64,000 nt of DNA from assembly GCA_963666515.2 (NCBI GenBank), contig OY762897.2:1696001-1760000 (forward strand). The letters run 5' to 3'. The position numbers were made by a program, and so were the translations under genes. This document shows, one piece after another, positions 58,531-64,000 of the stretch (positions are counted from its first letter, which is position 1; every line of letters begins with the position of its first letter). Source of the stretch: Candidatus Binatia bacterium. Lineage in GTDB: Bacteria > Desulfobacterota > Binatia > UBA9968 > JAJDTQ01. A model generated the notes under the pieces. It searched no databases, was not told where the DNA came from, and saw only the letters and a list, made by a program, of their open reading frames with translations.

Positions 58531-60243
58531 CTACATCTGCATCCTGCCGCTGAACCGGCGCATGAGCAGGGCCACGCCTACGGCGAAGAACGCCAGGATC
58601 ACGCTGATGATGGATGCCGACTCCATCTGTCCGCCGAGGGCGTGCTCCATCATCAGGATGGCCAGGGGCCGGGTGGAGGCGCCGGTGAGCAGCACCACGT
58701 TGTCCACGTCGCGAATCGAAGCGATGAAGACGATGACGAAGATGGCGATGAGGGTCGGGGCGATGAGCGGCACGGTGATGCGCCACAGGGTGTAGAACCA
58801 GCCGCAGCCGCACACACGGGCGGCGTGCTCCAGCTCCACGGAGATCTGGGTGAAGCTGGTCTTCACCAGGTGCACGCCGATGGGCACCTCCTTGACGATC
58901 AGCACCCAGACGAGGCTCATGAGGGTGCCGTAGAGCGGCACCAGGAACGGCACGGTCAGGAAGATCCACAGGAAGCCCAGGCCGCTCAGGATGCCCGGCA
59001 CGGCCCAGGGCAGCCACAGGAAGACGTTGGCGACGGCGCGGCCCTGGAGCTGGGTGCGCACCAGCGCAAAGCCGAACAGGCAGTAGATGGTCACGCCCAG
59101 CACCGCCGTGGCCAGGCCCAGGATGATGGAGTTCTGCGCCGACCGCAGAAATACCGGGTCTTCCAGCACCGCGCGCCAGTGATCCAGGGTGTAGGGGTCG
59201 GCGATGTCGAAGTAGCCGAAGATCGTCATGCACGAACCCAGGACCAGCGTGCCGATGGGCAGGTAGACCGCGATGCCCACGACAACTATCAGCGCGCCGC
59301 TCACCACGTAACGCAACGAGCCCATGTCCACCTGACGGAACGAGGTGCCGCGGCCCGAGAGGGTGGCGTACTGCCGCCTGGAGGTGAAGTGCTGGTAGAA
59401 CAGCGCCAGCACGAACAGCACGCCAAGGAAGAACGTGCTCAACGTGATGGCCTGGGCGAACTCCGGCGGCTCCCAGGTGATGAGGTCGTAGATGCGGGTG
59501 GCGAAGACGTCGATGTTGGCCGGACGGCCCAGCAGCAACTCCACCTGAAAGGACTCCAGGCCCCGGATCACCCCCGCCAGCCACACCGTCAGCATGGCCG
59601 GCGCGAGCACCGGCACCAGCACGTAACGGAAGGTGCGCCAGGACCCCAGCCCGCACACCCGGGCGGCTTCCTCCAGAGACGCCTCCAGTTGTCGCATGGC
59701 GGGCATGAGCAGGATGGTCATGATGGGGATGGTGCTGGCGGTGAGGTGCACCCAGATGATGCCGGTGAAGGTGTACGGGTTGAGCGTGATCCCCATCGGG
59801 GTGAGGAAGCGGTTGAGCACCCCGTAGTTGGGATCCGCCAGCAGGATCCAGCTTATGGCCAGGGGCAGCGACGGCAGGAAATAGGCGATCCACAGGGACA
59901 GCTCGATGAAGGCCCGCCCGGGCACCCGCACCCGCACCAGCAGCCACGACAGCAGGAAGGCGGCGCTGATGCCGATGAGCGTGCGCACGCTCAGAAGGAA
60001 GCTGTAGCCGATGGCGTCCAGCGTCTTCCGGTTGGCGAACCCGCTGACCCATCCGTCGAACCCGAACACGAACGGGTCGGTGGGATCGGCCGTGTTGACG
60101 CTGTTCATGAGGATGAAGACCACCGGGGGCAGACTCACCACCCCGGCCGCGGCCAGCAGCAGCGACGCCAAGCTCCATTCCCGAAGAAGGAACCGCCCCC
60201 GTCGCGACACGGTATGGCCGGCCATACCTGTCAGGTCGGCCAT
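58531..60243 (-). CDS. ABC permease, FbpB-type (two fused halves)
   Basis: Two EAA loops LEEAARVCG and LEHAARVCG; about 12 TM. Confidence 0.9.
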   Translation of the reverse strand: MADLTGMAGHTVSRRGRFLLREWSLASLLLAAAGVVSLPPVVFILMNSVNTADPTDPFVFGFDGWVSGFANRKTLDAIGYSFLLSVRTLIGISAAFLLSWLLVRVRVPGRAFIELSLWIAYFLPSLPLAISWILLADPNYGVLNRFLTPMGITLNPYTFTGIIWVHLTASTIPIMTILLMPAMRQLEASLEEAARVCGLGSWRTFRYVLVPVLAPAMLTVWLAGVIRGLESFQVELLLGRPANIDVFATRIYDLITWEPPEFAQAITLSTFFLGVLFVLALFYQHFTSRRQYATLSGRGTSFRQVDMGSLRYVVSGALIVVVGIAVYLPIGTLVLGSCMTIFGYFDIADPYTLDHWRAVLEDPVFLRSAQNSIILGLATAVLGVTIYCLFGFALVRTQLQGRAVANVFLWLPWAVPGILSGLGFLWIFLTVPFLVPLYGTLMSLVWVLIVKEVPIGVHLVKTSFTQISVELEHAARVCGCGWFYTLWRITVPLIAPTLIAIFVIVFIASIRDVDNVVLLTGASTRPLAILMMEHALGGQMESASIISVILAFFAVGVALLMRRFSGRMQM

Positions 60244-61319
60244 ACCTTCAACCGTCCGTCCTTGACGCGGAGGAGGACCCGGTCGCCGGCAACTTGCGAA
60301 TCGTCCTCCAGGGAAATGACGAACTCGACGCCGCAGGTCTCCAGGGCCAGTTCGTAGCGATCTCCCAGGTAGATGAGGTTGTGGACCGCCGCCCGCAACT
60401 CGCCGGCGCCGGGCTCCCGCGCCTCGCCCACCAGTTCCAGGTCCTCGGGGCGCAGCCCGACCATCAGGCTCTCGCCGGCAGCGACGCCTCCCGCGTCCGG
60501 CAGCGCGAGCCTGCAGCCGTCGGCGAGCCGGGCGTACGCGGCGCCCCCGTCATCCACCCGCTCCGCATCCAGGTGGATGCTCTTGCCGAGAAACGCGTGC
60601 ACGAAGGGATTCACCGGGTCCTTGTAAAGCTCGCCGGGCGATCCCAACTGCTGGATCCGCCCGTCGCGCATGACCAGGATTCGGTCGGCCAGGGTCATGG
60701 CTTCCACCTGGTCGTGGGTGACGAACAGGAAGGTGGCCTTGAGCTTGGCCTGAAGGCCCTTCAACTCCACCCGCATCTGCTGGCGGAGTTGCGCGTCCAG
60801 GTTGCTCAGGGGCTCGTCCAGCAAGAGCAGGTCGGGCTCGTAGACCAGCGCCCGGGCGAGCGACAGGCGTTGCTGCTGGCCGCCGCTCAGGTCGGTGCCA
60901 TTGCGCTCTTCCAGTCCCCCCAGATCGACGAACTCAAGCATCTTCCGCACCCGCTCGCGCCGGTCCTGCCGGGGGTGGCCGCGCACCTTGAGTGGCAACG
61001 CCACCTGATCACCGCAGGTCATGTGCGGCCAGATGGCGAAGGACTGGAACACCATGCCGGTGTTGCGCTTCTCCGGCGGGACGAAGATACCCTTCTCCGG
61101 ATCGCTCACGACCTTGCCGTTCAAGACGATCTCGCCGGAGTCCGGGCGCTCCAGCCCGGCCAGGGTCCGCAGCGTCGTGCTCTTGCCGCAGCCGCTGGGT
61201 CCCAGGATGACCAGGATCTCGCCGCCGTAGACGTCGAAGCTGACGCCGTCCACCGCACGCACGTCACCGTAGCACTTCACGAGGTCGCGGACGCTGACGA
61301 TGGGCGCGGCGGACGGCAC
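60231..61319 (-). CDS. ABC ATP-binding protein, FbpC-type
   Basis: GPSGCGKST, LSGGQQQR, LLDEPLSNLD. Confidence 0.95.
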   Translation of the reverse strand: MPSAAPIVSVRDLVKCYGDVRAVDGVSFDVYGGEILVILGPSGCGKSTTLRTLAGLERPDSGEIVLNGKVVSDPEKGIFVPPEKRNTGMVFQSFAIWPHMTCGDQVALPLKVRGHPRQDRRERVRKMLEFVDLGGLEERNGTDLSGGQQQRLSLARALVYEPDLLLLDEPLSNLDAQLRQQMRVELKGLQAKLKATFLFVTHDQVEAMTLADRILVMRDGRIQQLGSPGELYKDPVNPFVHAFLGKSIHLDAERVDDGGAAYARLADGCRLALPDAGGVAAGESLMVGLRPEDLELVGEAREPGAGELRAAVHNLIYLGDRYELALETCGVEFVISLEDDSQVAGDRVLLRVKDGRLKVWPT

Positions 61320-61325
61320 GGCACC

Positions 61326-62417
61326 TTACCGCCCGAGGAGTTCCACCAAGCGCTTGCGCGCCCGCGGGCGCTCCTTGGTGTAGAACTCGTAGGCGTAGTC
61401 GTCGTGGTACTTGACGCCCTCCTTGGGAAGCACGTAGTCGTCCAGACCCTCGCTCACGTCCAGCCGGCGGCTCTTCTGCCGCACGTGCCGCTCGAACACC
61501 TGCTGGCCTTCCTGGTCCGCGAGCCAGTTGAGCAGGACCACCGCTCCGTTGGGGTTCGGCGCGCCCTTGACCAGCTTGATCACGCCGCTGCCGCCGGTGA
61601 GCTTGCCGGGAAGGTCTTTGAACCGCACCACGCCGATGGGCAGCCCCTTCTTGCGCAGCGGATCGAACTGCCGGGCCACGGCGCCCAGACCCACCGAATA
61701 GACGCCCCGCGCGATCCAGTCGGCGAGCTGGCGGTGATTGGCGGTGTAGACCACTTCCTGCCCCTTGTAGAGGTTGACCACGTACTCGTCGCCGAGCATG
61801 GCCAGGAAAAAGGACGCGGCCCCCTTGCCGGCGCCGCCGCGCCGCGGATCATAGCTGGCGATCTTGCCCTTGAGCTTGGGGTCCAGAAGATGCTTGACGG
61901 AATTGATCTCCTCGGCCTTGAGCTTCGTGGTGTTGTAGATGCCCGACACGTTCACGTACTCGATCAACTGGAGCATGTACTTGTGCTCGGGGTCGTTCCA
62001 CTTGAGCGCGCCGCCGCGCCACTGCTTGCCGTCGGTCACCGAGGGCAGCAGGAGATTGGACTTCATCTCACGCAGACATCCCTTGGGGTAGAGCCTCGTG
62101 ATCTCGCTGTTGCCCGACAACAGCACGTCCATGGACGGACGGTTGGCGCTGCACTCCCGCCTGGCCACAGCCGTCAGCTCCGAGCCGCGCATGGAGCGCA
62201 ACTCCACGTCGATGCCGTACTTGGCCTTGAACTTCTTCGTCACGTCCTGGCGGAACTTGGGCATACCCAGGTTGGTTCCGAGCACGACCTTCCCTTCCTT
62301 CTTGGCCGCGGCAAGGACGTCGTCCCACTTCCCGGCCTGGGCCGGAGCCGCGCCCAGGGCCGCGAGGACCATCGCGAGCGCCACCAGAAAACATCCATTC
62401 CGTTTATTCCGTTTCAT
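61326..62417 (-). CDS. ABC substrate-binding protein
   Basis: Sec signal MKRNKR..AQA, AAKKEGKVV, APNPNGA..LLNWL...GQ; GGAGG RBS before ATG 62417. Confidence 0.88.
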   Translation of the reverse strand: MKRNKRNGCFLVALAMVLAALGAAPAQAGKWDDVLAAAKKEGKVVLGTNLGMPKFRQDVTKKFKAKYGIDVELRSMRGSELTAVARRECSANRPSMDVLLSGNSEITRLYPKGCLREMKSNLLLPSVTDGKQWRGGALKWNDPEHKYMLQLIEYVNVSGIYNTTKLKAEEINSVKHLLDPKLKGKIASYDPRRGGAGKGAASFFLAMLGDEYVVNLYKGQEVVYTANHRQLADWIARGVYSVGLGAVARQFDPLRKKGLPIGVVRFKDLPGKLTGGSGVIKLVKGAPNPNGAVVLLNWLADQEGQQVFERHVRQKSRRLDVSEGLDDYVLPKEGVKYHDDYAYEFYTKERPRARKRLVELLGR

Positions 62418-62567
62418 GTTCTTCCTCCTTGCCTGCAGGAGCGAAAGCATCCTGCGTCCGCCGAGGGCGCGACGCGGTCGCTCCCCAGCCCATGTTTCGT
62501 TGCCTTCGGACAAATCGGACAGCATTCGGGTGTCCCGTACGATTGGGCGAATCTCCACCTGCGCACC

Positions 62568-63440
62568 CTACCAGTACCGCCGCCGGTACGTGTCGATGAG
62601 TATCTCGTCCTCGTCCTGCGAGAGAAACTCCGTCAGCACCCGGTTGAACTCCGCGGGCTGCTCGAACTGAGGCCAGTGCGCGGCCTTGTCCAGCAACACG
62701 AAGCGCGATCCCGGCACACTCTGGTGCACCTTCTCGGCCACGTGCCACGGACACGTGGGGTTGTGGGTGGTCCAGAAGAACAGCATGGGGCATTGCAGCT
62801 TGGGGATCTTCGGGATGAGGTCGTAGCCGCGCATGCGGATGAAACCCTGGACGCGTTCGCGATACTCCGGGTTCGTGTAAATCTTGAGCCGGATGTCCAC
62901 CAGCTCGTCGGGCAGCGTCGCCGGATCGTGGAACAGCCACTCCATGCGCTTCCGGATGGTCTCCTTGGTGGGATCGCCCACCGCCGCCTTCGTCAGCGCG
63001 TCGAGCTGGTGCATTCCGGTGGTGTACCCGTGCTCGTTGGACGGAATGCCGCCGACGATGAGGCCCAGCTTGCTCACACGTTCCGGATGATGGTGGGTGG
63101 TGTAGACGCTGATCTGCCCGCCCTGGGACTCCCCCACCAGGCAGCCCCGTTCCACGCCCGCGGCGTCCATGAAGTCCAGCAGGTGCCTGGAGAACGCCTC
63201 CATGTCGTAGGTGATGGCGGGCTTGTCGGTGAAGCCGTGGCCCAGGTAGTCTATGGCCAGCACCCGGAACCGTTCGGACAGCGGCAGCAGGTTCCGCACC
63301 CACGTCTCCGCGTGGCCGCCGCCGCCGTGAAGCAGGATCACGGCCTCGCCCTCCCCCTTCTCGAAGCAGCGCGTGCGCACGCCCGCGGCGTCATAGTAGG
63401 TCTCGTACTTCATGAATTCTGCGAGTTCTTCGGAAAACAT
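62568..63440 (-). CDS. Alpha/beta hydrolase (meta-cleavage product hydrolase-like)
   Basis: LLHGGGG, GHGFTDKP, GESQGG, HWPQFE. Confidence 0.88.
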   Translation of the reverse strand: MFSEELAEFMKYETYYDAAGVRTRCFEKGEGEAVILLHGGGGHAETWVRNLLPLSERFRVLAIDYLGHGFTDKPAITYDMEAFSRHLLDFMDAAGVERGCLVGESQGGQISVYTTHHHPERVSKLGLIVGGIPSNEHGYTTGMHQLDALTKAAVGDPTKETIRKRMEWLFHDPATLPDELVDIRLKIYTNPEYRERVQGFIRMRGYDLIPKIPKLQCPMLFFWTTHNPTCPWHVAEKVHQSVPGSRFVLLDKAAHWPQFEQPAEFNRVLTEFLSQDEDEILIDTYRRRYW

Positions 63441-63466
63441 TTAACCTCCTTGAAGCACTCGAAACG

Positions 63467-63584
63467 GTCCTTCGACTTCGCTCGCCCTTCGACAGGCTCA
63501 GGACTCGCTACGCTCAGGACGAACGGTCTTGAAAAACGCGCTCCCTCCGTTCGTCCTGAGCGTAGCGAAGCGGAGTCGAAGGAC
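63467..63584. repeat. REP doublet, family C, with nested insertion
   Basis: Arms 63467-63526 and 63547-63584 are inverted copies (GTCCTTCGAC..TACGCTCAGGACGAACGG). Confidence 0.8.
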
Positions 63585-63608
63585 GTTCACGCGCTTCCTC
63601 CTTTCATC

Positions 63609-64000
63609 CTACCGCGCGCCCTTCAACCAATCGCCAAGGCGCCACTTCTCCCACGTGGCATCCCGCCGTTCCTTGCTGAACAGGTTCACCGGCGAGAACT
63701 CCTTCAACCGCTCGAAGGGGCGGCAGCCGTTGAGGATCAGGCGTCGGTAGGGAAGCGGCTTGCGGATCTCGCGCTCCTCCGCGGTGCGCAACGGGTCCAG
63801 CCGCCAGGCGCTCGGCACCGTGCTCTTGTGAACGCCCTCGCCGGCGTCCAGCCGCGTCCCCAGGGCCCAGAAGACCTCGATGGGGTCCTCGGGGTTCACG
63901 TCGTCGTCCACAAGGATGTTGATGCGGCAGGGGGCGCGGCTCTCCTGCAGCGCCTTGATGATGCGCGGCACGTCGTCGGGCGTCTTCTGGGCCACGCTCA
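63609..64000 (-). CDS. UbiD family decarboxylase, C-terminal part (5' partial)
   Basis: LVDDDVNP, VFWALGTR, LDP, NGCRPF; parallels the C-terminus of 56579..58012. Confidence 0.8.
   Translation of the reverse strand, partial: SVAQKTPDDVPRIIKALQESRAPCRINILVDDDVNPEDPIEVFWALGTRLDAGEGVHKSTVPSAWRLDPLRTAEEREIRKPLPYRRLILNGCRPFERLKEFSPVNLFSKERRDATWEKWRLGDWLKGAR

Overview
High-GC bacterial chromosomal window with about 60 CDS, densely coding. I found no rRNA, tRNA, CRISPR array, integrase or transposase. It is mostly accessory catabolism: four amidohydrolase_2 paralogs (two in tandem), two UbiD decarboxylases, two solute-binding-fold decarboxylase-like proteins, two LLM flavin oxidoreductases, a xanthine-dehydrogenase-family S-L-M operon plus a MocA-like gene, two ABC importers with embedded enzymes, MsrPQ, a RavA/ViaA-like pair and DUF1800/DUF1501. 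Housekeeping genes are asnS and tadA. The gene mix resembles uncultured Binatota/Deltaproteobacteria-type genomes (inference only). Signals missed or split by the ORF track: (1) a Bcp/PrxQ peroxiredoxin with in-frame UGA at the catalytic Cys and a SECIS-like hairpin (22494-22961); (2) four islets of decayed toxin-antitoxin modules where toxins are broken or missing and antitoxins persist; (3) a split, order-reversed 'MFS/spermidine synthase' pair whose SAM domain has its own signal peptide; (4) enzymes lacking canonical catalytic residues; (5) a DnaA-box-like cluster between convergent genes; (6) three REP-like palindrome families, one nested. All family assignments are from motif recognition by eye; no searches were run.
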